Shown here: one piece after another, positions 29,610 through 39,138 of the stretch
Layout of the letters: each line of letters opens with the position of its first letter
Position numbering within the stretch: position 1 is the stretch's first letter
Source: Pseudomonadota bacterium
GTDB lineage: Bacteria > Pseudomonadota > Gammaproteobacteria > Acidiferrobacterales > UBA6901
Direction: 5' to 3'
NCBI GenBank assembly: GCA_027364845.1
Contig: DAHXOO010000008.1
Span: 121-64,120 of the forward strand
DNA: 64,000 nt
The notes under the pieces: generated by a model
The model's database searches: none
Seen by the model: only the letters and a program-made list of their open reading frames with translations
What the model was told of the DNA's origin: nothing
Made by a program: the position numbers and the translations under genes

Positions 29610-29812
29610 GAGTTATGGCGCCCTCTGCAGTGTACGTATCCGCTTTTGGTCCCTTGAACCTATATTTTCAATGCCTGGGGGCCGCTAAAGCAGATGCTGT
29701 TGTGCAAGTCCGCCTCGTAGCGGAACGCCTGATGTGTCTCAGTGGCTCCCACCTGGACCTTCGGTTCAGGGCAAAGGGGCGGTACGGCACAGGCGGAGGG
29801 CGCCTCCTTTTC
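29610..29812 (+). ncRNA. ssrS: 6S RNA
   Basis: Lies in the zapA-ssrS-ygfA synteny. A long interrupted closing helix pairs 5' GGCGCCCTCTGC (29617-29628) with 3' GCGGAGGGCGCC (29793-29804). CCCTTGAACC / GGTTCAGGG arms flank a central bubble. The ends are approximate. Confidence 0.8.
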
Positions 29813-29814
29813 GT

Positions 29815-30414
29815 GTGAGCACGATTGCATCGAAGACCGAGCAGCGGCAGCGCTTGCGGAACATGCGCGCTGCTTTGCGGCCAGCGCAACAGACGCGGGC
29901 CGCAGCGCTGTTGGCAAGCAGGGTCGCGGCTACGTCGATGTTCCGTTCGGCGCGTCGGGTAGCCTGTTATCTTCCCACCGACGGCGAAATCGATCCGCGT
30001 CCGCTGATGCAGCGCATGTGGCAAATGCGCAAGCACTGCTACCTGCCCATCCTGTCGCGCCTTTTCTATGACCGGCTGTGGTTCGCGCCGGTGATGCCAC
30101 ACTCCAGATTCTTGCTGAACCGCTTCGGCATTCCGGAGCCAGTGACCGCGCCACGCAAATGGGTGCGCGCGCAAGAACTCGATCTGATATTGCTACCGCT
30201 GGTCGGGTTTGACCTGAAGGGCAATCGCCTCGGAATGGGCGGCGGATTCTACGACCGCAGCCTTGAATTTCTGCGCGGACGCTGCTGCTGGATGCGTCCC
30301 AAGCTGATCGGGCTGGCGCATGACTTCCAGAGGCTGGAGAACCTTGTTCCGTCACCCTGGGACGTACCACTCCAGGGTGTCGCGACAGATTGCGCACTCT
30401 ACCTGACGGCGTGA
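29815..30414 (+). CDS. ygfA: 5-formyltetrahydrofolate cyclo-ligase
   Basis: GTG start directly after the 6S RNA. GMGGGFYDR motif. Collinear with E. coli YgfA. Confidence 0.85.
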   Translation: MSTIASKTEQRQRLRNMRAALRPAQQTRAAALLASRVAATSMFRSARRVACYLPTDGEIDPRPLMQRMWQMRKHCYLPILSRLFYDRLWFAPVMPHSRFLLNRFGIPEPVTAPRKWVRAQELDLILLPLVGFDLKGNRLGMGGGFYDRSLEFLRGRCCWMRPKLIGLAHDFQRLENLVPSPWDVPLQGVATDCALYLTA

Positions 30415-30468
30415 GCGACAACTACCGGCCGTCACTTGCGGTATCCGATTCTCAACGAGCACAGGACG

Positions 30469-31128
30469 ATGCCCATCCCCAGACTTATCATAGGAAACAA
30501 AAACTATTCCTCCTGGTCACTGCGGCCGTGGTTGGTCATGAAACAGACCGGAATCCTCTTTGAAGAACTGCGCATCGCCCTATATACGAACAGCGCGAAA
30601 CAGGAAATTCTGCGTCACTCGCCCTCCGGAAAGGTGCCAGCGCTGGAAGATGGAGAACTTGTGATTTGGGACTCTCTGGCGATCTGCGAATACCTCGCGG
30701 AGTGTCACCCGGGCAAGGGGCTTTGGCCTGAAGATCCGACCGCGCGATCGATTGCGCGATCGATAAGTGCAGAAATGCATTCGGGCTTTGCCAATCTACG
30801 AAGCAACATGTCGATGAACTGCCGTGGCTCGTTCCCGGGAAAGGGCCGGACACCTGGCGTGGTCGCGGAAATCGAGCGCGTTACCAGCATATGGAATGAA
30901 TGCCGGCGTCGCTTCGATGCTGGCGGCCCCATGCTTTTTGGGCGTTTCACAATAGCCGACGCAATGTATGCGCCAATCGTGCTTCGGTTCATCACCTATG
31001 CGGTGGAAACTGACCCAGTGGCAACGGCCTATGTACGGACCATCGCGGCCCTTCCAGCGGTGCAAGAGTGGTGCGACAGTGCGCGCGCCGAGCCCGAGTC
31101 CATCCCGCAGTTCGAGAAGTATTCATGA
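30469..31128 (+). CDS. glutathione S-transferase family protein
   Basis: The N-terminus LIIGNKNYSSWSLRPWL is typical of a GST subfamily. GST C-terminal helical domain present. Confidence 0.8.
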   Translation: MPIPRLIIGNKNYSSWSLRPWLVMKQTGILFEELRIALYTNSAKQEILRHSPSGKVPALEDGELVIWDSLAICEYLAECHPGKGLWPEDPTARSIARSISAEMHSGFANLRSNMSMNCRGSFPGKGRTPGVVAEIERVTSIWNECRRRFDAGGPMLFGRFTIADAMYAPIVLRFITYAVETDPVATAYVRTIAALPAVQEWCDSARAEPESIPQFEKYS

Positions 31129-31613
31129 TCCACGGCAGCCGGACGCCCGTGCGGTACTGGCTGTTCAAATCTGAGCCAGCTGCCTTTGGCATTGCTGAGC
31201 TTAAGAGGCGCAAGAACCACACCGAGCACTGGGATGGCGTAAGGAACTTCCAAGCGCGCAATTTCATGCGCGATGAAATGCAAGCCGGCGATCTGGGTTT
31301 CCTTTACCATTCAAGCTGTGCCGAGCCGGCCATTGTGGGCATCATGGAGATCGTACGGCCAGGTTATCCGGACTTCACCGCTTTTGACCCCCTTGAACCT
31401 CACTACGACCCGAAAAGCACGCTGCAACGGCCACTATGGTACATGGTTGATGTGCGCCTCAAGCGCGAATTCAGGCGACCGATTACGCTGCGCGAACTGA
31501 AAACGCACCCGGCGCTCGTCGGCATGCGTCTGCTCGCTCGCGGCAATCGGCTATCGGTCATGCCGGTGGATCGGCGCGAATGGGATTATATTCTCAGACT
31601 GGAGCGCCGTTGA
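31125..31613 (+). CDS. EVE domain protein
   Basis: YWLFKSEP...WDGVRNFQARNFMRDEMQAGDLGFLYHS...IVGIMEIV is the EVE (PUA-like) signature. The start overlaps the GST stop (ATGA). Confidence 0.88.
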   Translation: MIHGSRTPVRYWLFKSEPAAFGIAELKRRKNHTEHWDGVRNFQARNFMRDEMQAGDLGFLYHSSCAEPAIVGIMEIVRPGYPDFTAFDPLEPHYDPKSTLQRPLWYMVDVRLKREFRRPITLRELKTHPALVGMRLLARGNRLSVMPVDRREWDYILRLERR

Positions 31614-32287
31614 CTGCGCTCTATCACTTTTGGTGGTCTCCCGAGGCACAGCGCGTTCGCCTTGCCTTGGGCTACAAGGGTATCGTCTACGAAGACCGAC
31701 CGATCGCATTTGATGACGACGAAACATTTTTCGCGCTGGGCGTAGCACGCACCGTCCCGGTGCTGCAGTGCGATGACGGCACGCTGCTGACGGATTCGGC
31801 CACGATACTCCGACAGCTGGACCATTACTGGCCACACCGTCCGATCTATGAAGGTATCCTGACCGCAGCCACATGGGATGCACTGCTGGGCTGGCGCCAA
31901 TCGGCCGATGCGCTGCTAACTCGACTGCACGCGCCCGTGCTTCCCGCCTACCGGGGTATAGGAGACAGCGAACAGAACTTGGCAGCCTACAAGTCCGAAG
32001 TTTCCCGCCGCTTCGGTGCGAGCGTGGAAGAGCTGTCGAATGATCGCTATGGGGCCTTTGGCCAGCTGATGCAGGTGGCGCGGCTCAGGGAACTCGCCAT
32101 CCGTCTGGCGAAGAACCGGTTCTATCTGGGACAGCCGTCTGCCGCCGATATGCTGCTCGCCGCAGACCTGTTCCCTCTCCAACTGCTCGACGGCGTAACC
32201 CTGCCAATCGACCTGATGTATTACATCCAAAGGGTCGAGGATACCTGCCAAACCGGACTGCGCGACGGCCTGCTGGCGTCACTGTGA
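31610..32287 (+). CDS. GST-like protein (thioredoxin-fold N-domain plus helical C-domain)
   Basis: LYHFWWSPEAQRVRLALGYKGIVYE...VPVLQCDDG resembles a GST N-terminal domain. The proposed TTG start overlaps the EVE stop; the exact start is uncertain. Confidence 0.65.
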   Translation: MTALYHFWWSPEAQRVRLALGYKGIVYEDRPIAFDDDETFFALGVARTVPVLQCDDGTLLTDSATILRQLDHYWPHRPIYEGILTAATWDALLGWRQSADALLTRLHAPVLPAYRGIGDSEQNLAAYKSEVSRRFGASVEELSNDRYGAFGQLMQVARLRELAIRLAKNRFYLGQPSAADMLLAADLFPLQLLDGVTLPIDLMYYIQRVEDTCQTGLRDGLLASL

Positions 32288-32493
32288 CGGGCTGCAGCAC
32301 CGGTGGTACTTGTCAAAAACAAGGGATTCTTGAACAATGATAGGCAATGCTGCCTTTTGCAATATCCAGAACGGCGTTAGCTTGCCAAATCCAGTAATTG
32401 AAAAATGTGGCCGCTGATGGACCTGGTGCCAAGTGCCGATAGTATCAGGTGGCGGCATTTTCCGACCACCTGACTGACAACTGAGAACTCCCA

Positions 32494-33102
32494 ATGCATG
32501 ATTTATCGCGTAAACTGATCCGCGCCTTGGCTGCACTACTATTCACCGTTGCTGCCGCCAGCGCCCACGCCAAACAGCAATCGGGTCCAGCGCATGATCC
32601 GATAGTACGAATGGTCACCACTCTCGGCACTGTTGAGATGGAACTCTTTCCAGACAAGTCACCCGCGACGGTGAAAAATTTCCTGTACTACGTGAACTCC
32701 GGTTTCTATAACGGCACTATTTTCCACCGTGTCATTCCCGGGTTCATGATCCAGGGCGGCGGCTTCAAACCGGGGATGCATCTGAAACCGACACGCGCTC
32801 CAATCCGCAACGAGGCCGACAATGGACTCCAGAATACGGTTGGCACCATCGCCATGGCACGCACCGGCGACCCGAACTCAGCCACTGCGCAATTCTTCAT
32901 CAACACCGCCGACAACCCGTTTCTCGACCACCGCGACGACAGCATAAGTGGCTGGGGTTACACCGTTTTTGGAAAGGTTATCAAGGGAATGGACGTAGTA
33001 CGGAAGATCGAAGCCGTACCCACAGGAACCCGCGGGCCGTTTGCTGATGTGCCATTACATAATGTCTTGATCAAAAAGATAGGCCTGTCAGGATACCGGT
33101 AG
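32494..33102 (+). CDS. ppiA: periplasmic peptidyl-prolyl cis-trans isomerase (cyclophilin)
   Basis: Signal peptide plus [14 protein letters not shown] and the cyclophilin core. Confidence 0.92.
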   Translation: MHDLSRKLIRALAALLFTVAAASAHAKQQSGPAHDPIVRMVTTLGTVEMELFPDKSPATVKNFLYYVNSGFYNGTIFHRVIPGFMIQGGGFKPGMHLKPTRAPIRNEADNGLQNTVGTIAMARTGDPNSATAQFFINTADNPFLDHRDDSISGWGYTVFGKVIKGMDVVRKIEAVPTGTRGPFADVPLHNVLIKKIGLSGYR

Positions 33103-33129
33103 TCCGCGTGCCCGGCACCAACCCACAAT

Positions 33130-34641
33130 TCAACCGAGAAACAGCTTATACGCTGGATTCGACGTTTCCTCGACAAATTCGTACCCAAGCTTGTCGAGGA
33201 ACTGCCGAAACGCGATCTTGTCCGAAGGAGGAACCTGCATTCCCACCAGCACGCGGCCGAAATCAGCGCCGTGGTTGCGATAGTGAAACAGGCTGATGTT
33301 CCAGGACTGGCCCATTTTATCCAGAAAATTCATGAGCGCCCCGGGGCGCTCGGGAAATTCGAAGCGGTAAAGGATCTCGTGCAGAACATTTGGCGCGTGG
33401 CCACCGACCAAATGGCGGATGTGAAGCTTGGCCATCTCGTTGTCGGTCATGTCCAGAGTGTCGTACCCGTCAGTACGCAGGGTTGCAATCAGATCGTCGG
33501 CTTCTTGCATATCCTGGATTCGCACCCCCACAAAAACGTGGGCACTGCTGGGACTGGAATAGCGATAGTTAAACTCCGTGATCAGGCGATGGCCAACGAC
33601 GGCGCAGAACCTGCGGAAGCTGCCGGGCACCTCTGGTATGGTCACAGCCAGTATTGCTTCGCGCCGCTCGCCGACTTCGGCGCGTTCCGCAACATGACGC
33701 AGGCGGTCGAAGTTCATGTTCGCGCCTGACGCAATTGCAACCAGCTGCCTGTCACGCAGCGAATCGCGCTCGATGTATTTCTTCATGCCAGCAACGGAAA
33801 GGGCGCCCGCGGGCTCGAGTATGGAACGCGTGTCTTCGAAGATGTCCTTGATAGCGGCACAGATCTCGTCGTTACTGACAAGGATTATTTCGTCCACGAA
33901 CTTTTGTGCGAGCCGGAACGTTTCCTCGCCGACCTGACGCACAGCAACGCCGTCTGCGAAGATACCCACATGGTCGAGCATGATCCGGCGACCGGCGGAA
34001 AGCGAGCGGTACATCGCGTCCGCCTCCTCGGGCTCAACACCGATTACCTTGATATCCGGTCGCAGGGATTTTATGTAGACCGCAATGCCGCCGATGAGTC
34101 CGCCGCCGCCTACCGGAACGAAGACGGCATGCAAATCACGGGTGTGTTGCTTGAGTATCTCCACAGCGATGGTTCCCTGCCCGGTGATGACATCGGGGTC
34201 ATCGTACGGATGAACAAAGGTCAGGCCGCGTTCCGCCCCAAGCCGCATTGCAAAGGCATACGCGGCATCGTAGTTATCGCCGTGAAGCAGCACCTCGCCC
34301 CCCAGATTACGGACCGCGTCGATCTTGATCTCCGGCGTCGTAACCGGCATCACAATCAGCGCGTACGTGCCGAGCTTGGCTGCCGCCAGTGCAACCCCCT
34401 GGGCATGGTTACCTGCGGACGCAGCCACAACCCCACGCGCAAGAATGGTACTCGGCAGTGATGCCATTTTGTTGTAGGCGCCGCGGCACTTGAACGAGAA
34501 AACCGGCTGCTGGTCTTCGCGCTTGAGCCAGACCTGGTTGCCTAGACGGCGCGAGAGATTGGGAGCGAAATCGAGCGAAGTCTCTTTGGCAACTTCGTAG
34601 ACACGTGTGGCGAGAATCTTTTCAAGATAACGCTGAGGCAT
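33130..34641 (-). CDS. ilvA: biosynthetic threonine ammonia-lyase
   Basis: 503 aa. PLP site FSFKCRGAYN. Two C-terminal ACT-like regulatory repeats. Confidence 0.93.
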   Translation of the reverse strand: MPQRYLEKILATRVYEVAKETSLDFAPNLSRRLGNQVWLKREDQQPVFSFKCRGAYNKMASLPSTILARGVVAASAGNHAQGVALAAAKLGTYALIVMPVTTPEIKIDAVRNLGGEVLLHGDNYDAAYAFAMRLGAERGLTFVHPYDDPDVITGQGTIAVEILKQHTRDLHAVFVPVGGGGLIGGIAVYIKSLRPDIKVIGVEPEEADAMYRSLSAGRRIMLDHVGIFADGVAVRQVGEETFRLAQKFVDEIILVSNDEICAAIKDIFEDTRSILEPAGALSVAGMKKYIERDSLRDRQLVAIASGANMNFDRLRHVAERAEVGERREAILAVTIPEVPGSFRRFCAVVGHRLITEFNYRYSSPSSAHVFVGVRIQDMQEADDLIATLRTDGYDTLDMTDNEMAKLHIRHLVGGHAPNVLHEILYRFEFPERPGALMNFLDKMGQSWNISLFHYRNHGADFGRVLVGMQVPPSDKIAFRQFLDKLGYEFVEETSNPAYKLFLG

Positions 34642-34776
34642 TGATCTAATTTACCAGAAACCAGTCGGCTTCGCAGTACGCATTCCGGTGTTGGGATGAG
34701 CAGTTCGACAGCGACCCTTGTTTTAGGGCCGGCACTGACGGTATTCTCGACATGCAGAAGCGCATGAGGGGGGTTG

Positions 34777-35433
34777 ATGACACAGGATGACATGAAGAAG
34801 GCGGCCGCGCAGGCGGCCCTCGAGTACGTTGGCAGCGGGGGTGTAATTGGCGTCGGCACCGGTTCGACCGCGAACTACTTCATCGATGCGCTGGCCACGA
34901 TCAAGGGGCGGATTGACGGGGCCGTCGCTAGCTCCAATGCTACTGCCGAACGGCTCAAAAAGTACGGTATACCGGTGGTTGACCTCAATGCCACTGGGAG
35001 CCTTAAGCTTTATGTCGACGGTGCCGACGAGGCCACCCGCCACCTGCACTTGATAAAAGGCGGCGGTGGCGCCCTCACCCGCGAGAAGATCATCGCCGCC
35101 GCAAGCGAGACTTTCGTATGCGTCGCTGACGAAACAAAGCTGGCCGACGTCCTTGGCAAATTTCCTTTGCCCATAGAAGTCATTCCGATGGCGCGCAGTT
35201 ACGTCGCCCGCGAGATAGTCAAGCTTGGCGGTGAACCGGTACTGCGGCAGGGATTCACGACCGACAATGGCAACGTGATTTTGGACGTGTACAACCTCAA
35301 CATCCTGAACCCAGTTGAACTTGAGCGAACGCTCAATCAGATTGCCGGCGCAGTTACCAATGGCCTATTCGCGCACCGGCCAGCGGATGTGCTGATCCTC
35401 GGCACCAAGACCGGCGTGCAGACCCTCAAGTGA
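34777..35433 (+). CDS. rpiA: ribose-5-phosphate isomerase A
   Basis: [30 protein letters not shown] is collinear with E. coli RpiA. Confidence 0.93.
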   Translation: MTQDDMKKAAAQAALEYVGSGGVIGVGTGSTANYFIDALATIKGRIDGAVASSNATAERLKKYGIPVVDLNATGSLKLYVDGADEATRHLHLIKGGGGALTREKIIAAASETFVCVADETKLADVLGKFPLPIEVIPMARSYVAREIVKLGGEPVLRQGFTTDNGNVILDVYNLNILNPVELERTLNQIAGAVTNGLFAHRPADVLILGTKTGVQTLK

Positions 35434-35449
35434 CCCTGTGCACGCAGGT

Positions 35450-36841
35450 CTAAGTAAAGCTGCGGTTGATCTGAATGTTCAGCTTCTTGATGCGATGCCA
35501 CAAACTGCGCTCGGATATGCCCAGGCGCTTTGCGGCGTGTGCCTGTATTCCTCCACACTGCTCCAGGGCCTTGAGTATTGCGCGCCGCTCGACGTCTGCC
35601 AGCCAGTTATCAAGATCCTGATCGTTGCTTCTGTCGGTCGCTAAGTCAGGATCCAGCGTTTGCGCCGTGGCACCGCGTATCGCCTCGGGAAGATCCTGAA
35701 CATCTATCTCCTTGCCCTTGCATGACAGCAATGAACGCTCTACTGCATTGCGCAGTTCGCGCACGTTGCCAGGCCAGGGATAGTGCAGCAGAACCTCAAG
35801 AGTCCCCGGAGTGAAGCGCTGCACCAGCTTATCCGTTTCCTGGGAAATCTCTCGCAGGAAAGAATCGGCAAGCAGAACGATATCCGCGCCGCGCTCGCGC
35901 AACGGCGGCACCACTATATTGTAGACGTCGAGGCGGTAAAGCAGGTCCTCGCGAAATCTGCCCTGCCGCACCAGTTCCTTGAGGTCACGGTTGGTCGCCG
36001 CAAGGAATCGCACATCGGCACTGCGGACCTGATCGCTTCCGACCGGGAAAAACTCGCGTTCCTGCAGAACGCGCAGCAACTTCGCCTGCAGCGCTGGAGC
36101 GAGATCTCCGATTTCGTCGAGAAACAACGTTCCCCCCTGGGCTTGCTCAAGACGCCCAGAACGGTTTTTCGATGCGCCGGTAAACGCTCCCTTGACGTAG
36201 CCAAAGAGCTCACTTTCCATGAGATCATGCGGGATCGCCGAACAGTTGATCGCCACCCATGGGTACTGGGACCGCGGACTGGTTTCGTGGATTGTGCGTG
36301 CAACCAGCTCCTTGCCGGTTCCACTTTCTCCGGTGATCAGCACGCTGGTGCGGTATGGCGCGACACGCCGGATCTCTTCCAGCAGACACTGTATCGCCTG
36401 GCTTGCTCCCATCAAGTGCCGGCGCGCGAGCGACTCGGTCACAGTCTCCTTGAGACGCTGGTTTTCGCGCAGAATATCGCGCAGCTTGATCGCATTGTGG
36501 ACAGCGATTTCCAGCTCCTCCGGCTCGAACGGCTTGGTCAGATAATCGGTTGCCCCAGCATGGATGCTTTTCACGGCCGAGCGGATGGTGCCGTGGGCTG
36601 TGACCACGATCACCGGGACATCGGGCCGATCTTCGTGACAACGCCGGATGAAATCCTCCCCGCCCATGCCCGGCATTTTCAGGTCGGAAAGGACGACATC
36701 GAGATTCGGATTTGTCAGATGTGCGATCCCGGCCTCACCGCCATCGGCGACCTCCACGCCATAGCCAGCGTCCTCCAGAATCATGCGTATAACTGTCTGC
36801 ATGTTCTGCTCGTCATCGACCACTAGAACGGTTCGTTTCAT
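35450..36841 (-). CDS. sigma-54-dependent response regulator (NtrC/ZraR class)
   Basis: Receiver domain (DLKMPGMGG), AAA+ domain with GESGTGKE and GAFTGA, C-terminal Fis-type HTH. Confidence 0.9.
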   Translation of the reverse strand: MKRTVLVVDDEQNMQTVIRMILEDAGYGVEVADGGEAGIAHLTNPNLDVVLSDLKMPGMGGEDFIRRCHEDRPDVPVIVVTAHGTIRSAVKSIHAGATDYLTKPFEPEELEIAVHNAIKLRDILRENQRLKETVTESLARRHLMGASQAIQCLLEEIRRVAPYRTSVLITGESGTGKELVARTIHETSPRSQYPWVAINCSAIPHDLMESELFGYVKGAFTGASKNRSGRLEQAQGGTLFLDEIGDLAPALQAKLLRVLQEREFFPVGSDQVRSADVRFLAATNRDLKELVRQGRFREDLLYRLDVYNIVVPPLRERGADIVLLADSFLREISQETDKLVQRFTPGTLEVLLHYPWPGNVRELRNAVERSLLSCKGKEIDVQDLPEAIRGATAQTLDPDLATDRSNDQDLDNWLADVERRAILKALEQCGGIQAHAAKRLGISERSLWHRIKKLNIQINRSFT

Positions 36842-36850
36842 GAATTACAC

Positions 36851-38584
36851 CTAAGCGTGGACCGGGAACGACATGGCAAACCGGGCGCCACCCTTTTCCG
36901 GCTCAAGTACCAGCAGCCTTCCGCCATTCACCTCGACGAGCGTGTTGGCGAGCGACAAGCCGAGACCGGTACCTCGTTCCTTGGTAGTGAAGAACGGCTC
37001 AAACAGGCGTGGCATGACCTCTGCAGGAATGCCTGGGCCGCTGTCTTCCACGGAAAGTATCACTTGTCCATCCTTTACGGCTGTCACGAGACTTAGCTCT
37101 CCGCCGGTATCCCCCATCGCTTGCAGCGCATTGGTAAGGATATTTGCCCATGCCTGCTGCAACAAGCCGGCATCTCCCATAATGCGCGCCGACCGGTGTC
37201 CAATCCGCTCATGCACCTCCACGTTACTTGTTCCGGCGAGCGTGGCGGCGAGCGCGTGCTTCAGCGGCGCCACTGGGTCTATTCGCAACGACTCCGGATG
37301 TCGGTGGCGGGAGAGCTGCAGGAAATCTTGAACAAGGTTGCCCACCCGTACACTTTCCTCCCGGATCATGCGCAACAGCTCGGCTTTTTTTTGCGAAGAC
37401 AGATCGGATTTCTCCAAAAGCGCTGAGGCGCTGTTTATAACGCCAATCGGATTGCGGATCTCATGCGCGAGCGACGCTGACAGTTCACCGAGGGCGGCAA
37501 GTTTGTCGCGGTGAAACCGTTGCTGCTGCTCGTCACGCGCCTCACGTAGACTCACTGCCATTGCGTTGAATGCCTTCGCCAGATCCCCGACCTCATCGTC
37601 GGAAGTCACGGGCACCGTCGCATTGAAATTCTGGGCAGCCAGCTGCATGACGCCGTCGCGCAGGTGCTCCACAGGCCGCACCACAAGTCTGCTCAGCAGG
37701 TACCCGGTTAAAGCGCCAAATATCACACCGAGAAGCGAAATCCCTGAAAAAAGAAGCAGGCGGTTGGTAACTACCTCTTCGAACCCCGCGCGCTTGAGAC
37801 CACTGAAGATGATCGCCTCAACTTGGCCATCATTATCGACAATCGGTGTGTATTGGCCGCGAAAATCAGCATCTTCGGCCTTCACGCTGTAGTAGGGTTT
37901 GCGGTCAATCTGCAGCCGCCGCATCACGTCCCCGGGCAGGCGTCTGAGCGAGATCAGACTGCCCGGCTTTGAAAACATGTCCAGGTAATTTGGGCCATCG
38001 CGGTAATACAGCCGTGTTTTAAGGCCGGTCAGATGCGATAACTCATTGATAAAATCCTGACCAAGCAGGCTGCCCATGACCAAGTAGTACCTTGGAGGTC
38101 CATGCCGCGGCACACGCGTAATGCCCACGGCAGCAAGCTGGCTGTGTCCGTCGCGCGTAACCTTGAGCACAGCCTCGGTTTGCACCCTGTCCCACATGGT
38201 GCGCATGTCCACCGGCCTCGACGAATACAACAGCGTCTGGTCGCTGTTGTAGACCTGAATGAAACTTATGCCCAGTTCCCGGGCCATGTGGGCAATGGCC
38301 GGGTGCACGGGGTTCGGGTCCCCGTTTTTCAGCCGAGCAACGAATGCTGGGTCGTCCGCCAGCACGTGGCCAAACATAACCGCATCGTTCTGGTAAGCTC
38401 GCAGCCAAGTCCGGTCGACATGCGCTGCGTCCACGATGTAGTGCTTCAACCTTTCCTCAAAACCGGAGGATACCCACTCGGAAGCCAGCATGGCCGCCCC
38501 CAGCATGGGAACGACCATGATTGCCAGGATCAACAGCAACACCTTGCGCTGGAGGCGATTGAGTCGGAGAAATTCCGGGCGCAT
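36851..38584 (-). CDS. sensor histidine kinase with a large periplasmic domain and HAMP
   Basis: Two TM helices flank a roughly 270-aa periplasmic region. HAMP domain, H-box SLAHEIRNPIG, and N/G boxes (EDSGPGIP, GTGLGLS). The ATG at 38584 is preferred to the TTG at 38587. Confidence 0.88.
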   Translation of the reverse strand: MRPEFLRLNRLQRKVLLLILAIMVVPMLGAAMLASEWVSSGFEERLKHYIVDAAHVDRTWLRAYQNDAVMFGHVLADDPAFVARLKNGDPNPVHPAIAHMARELGISFIQVYNSDQTLLYSSRPVDMRTMWDRVQTEAVLKVTRDGHSQLAAVGITRVPRHGPPRYYLVMGSLLGQDFINELSHLTGLKTRLYYRDGPNYLDMFSKPGSLISLRRLPGDVMRRLQIDRKPYYSVKAEDADFRGQYTPIVDNDGQVEAIIFSGLKRAGFEEVVTNRLLLFSGISLLGVIFGALTGYLLSRLVVRPVEHLRDGVMQLAAQNFNATVPVTSDDEVGDLAKAFNAMAVSLREARDEQQQRFHRDKLAALGELSASLAHEIRNPIGVINSASALLEKSDLSSQKKAELLRMIREESVRVGNLVQDFLQLSRHRHPESLRIDPVAPLKHALAATLAGTSNVEVHERIGHRSARIMGDAGLLQQAWANILTNALQAMGDTGGELSLVTAVKDGQVILSVEDSGPGIPAEVMPRLFEPFFTTKERGTGLGLSLANTLVEVNGGRLLVLEPEKGGARFAMSFPVHA

Positions 38585-38607
38585 CAAGATTCCTGTTTTA
38601 GAGTAAT

Positions 38608-38630
38608 CTACAAAATTTGTAGGTTTGTAG
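38608..38630. promoter_or_regulatory. candidate enhancer (UAS) for the adjacent sigma-54 activator
   Basis: Dyad CTACAAA-A-TTTGTAG (38608-38622) followed by an extra half-site TTTGTAG (38624-38630). A further ATTGTAG lies at 38693-38699. It sits about 100 bp upstream of the sigma-54 promoter. Confidence 0.45.
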
Positions 38631-38668
38631 GAGTGAGTCGACGCGTCAATGGATTGACTTTGTCATTA

Positions 38669-38681
38669 TAAGCATTTGATT
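38669..38681 (-). promoter_or_regulatory. IHF-like site between the UAS and the sigma-54 promoter
   Basis: The reverse strand reads AATCAAATGCTTA, matching WATCAANNNNTTR. Confidence 0.4.
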
Positions 38682-38711
38682 CGAGAAAAGAAATTGTAGT
38701 CATTTTTGAAT

Positions 38712-38727
38712 TGGCACATGAATTGCT
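38712..38727 (+). promoter_or_regulatory. sigma-54 promoter
   Basis: TGGCAC-ATGAA-TTGCT is a perfect match to TGGCAC-N5-TTGCW, 87 nt upstream of the ATG at 38814. Confidence 0.8.
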
Positions 38728-38813
38728 TTTGTCAGATCCGCTAAGGACGGTCAAGGATTCACCTTACCCATCCGACGTTGAAGCAGGAATGACAACTGAT
38801 TGAGGATAGATAC

Positions 38814-39038
38814 ATGAAAAAGACTTTAATGAGCATTATCGCTCTCGCACTGGTAGCCGTGTTTGGCAATGGCGCCGTCGCTGTTGCCGCGGGCACACCA
38901 CCGGCCGGACACAAGATTGAGCACAGAGTGGAGCACAAAAGAGTAGTGCACAAGAGAATTGTTCGCAGGCGCATCGTGCACAGAAAGATGACAAAGAAAA
39001 TCGTGCATAAGAAAGAACTTGCCCACAAAAAGGGTTAA
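38814..39038 (+). CDS. small secreted His/Lys/Arg-repeat protein (74 aa)
   Basis: GAGGAT RBS. Sec signal MKKTLMSIIALALVAVFGNGAVAVAA. The mature ~48 aa read GTPPAGHKIEHRVEHKRVVHKRIVRRRIVHRKMTKKIVHKKELAHKKG. Driven by a sigma-54 promoter. Confidence 0.7.
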   Translation: MKKTLMSIIALALVAVFGNGAVAVAAGTPPAGHKIEHRVEHKRVVHKRIVRRRIVHRKMTKKIVHKKELAHKKG

Positions 39039-39116
39039 TTCTCATTAGTATCAAAGAGGAAGGCCGGAGGAAGTGTTAAGTCAGGCTTTTCTCAAGCTTC
39101 ACAGTCAGATCGAGTA

Positions 39117-39138
39117 GGGTGGCGGGGTCCCGCCACCC
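39117..39138. repeat. GC-rich perfect palindrome (stem-loop)
   Basis: GGGTGGCGGG-GT-CCCGCCACCC lies 79 nt after the small-protein stop. There is no flanking T-run, so it is not a canonical terminator. Confidence 0.6.
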
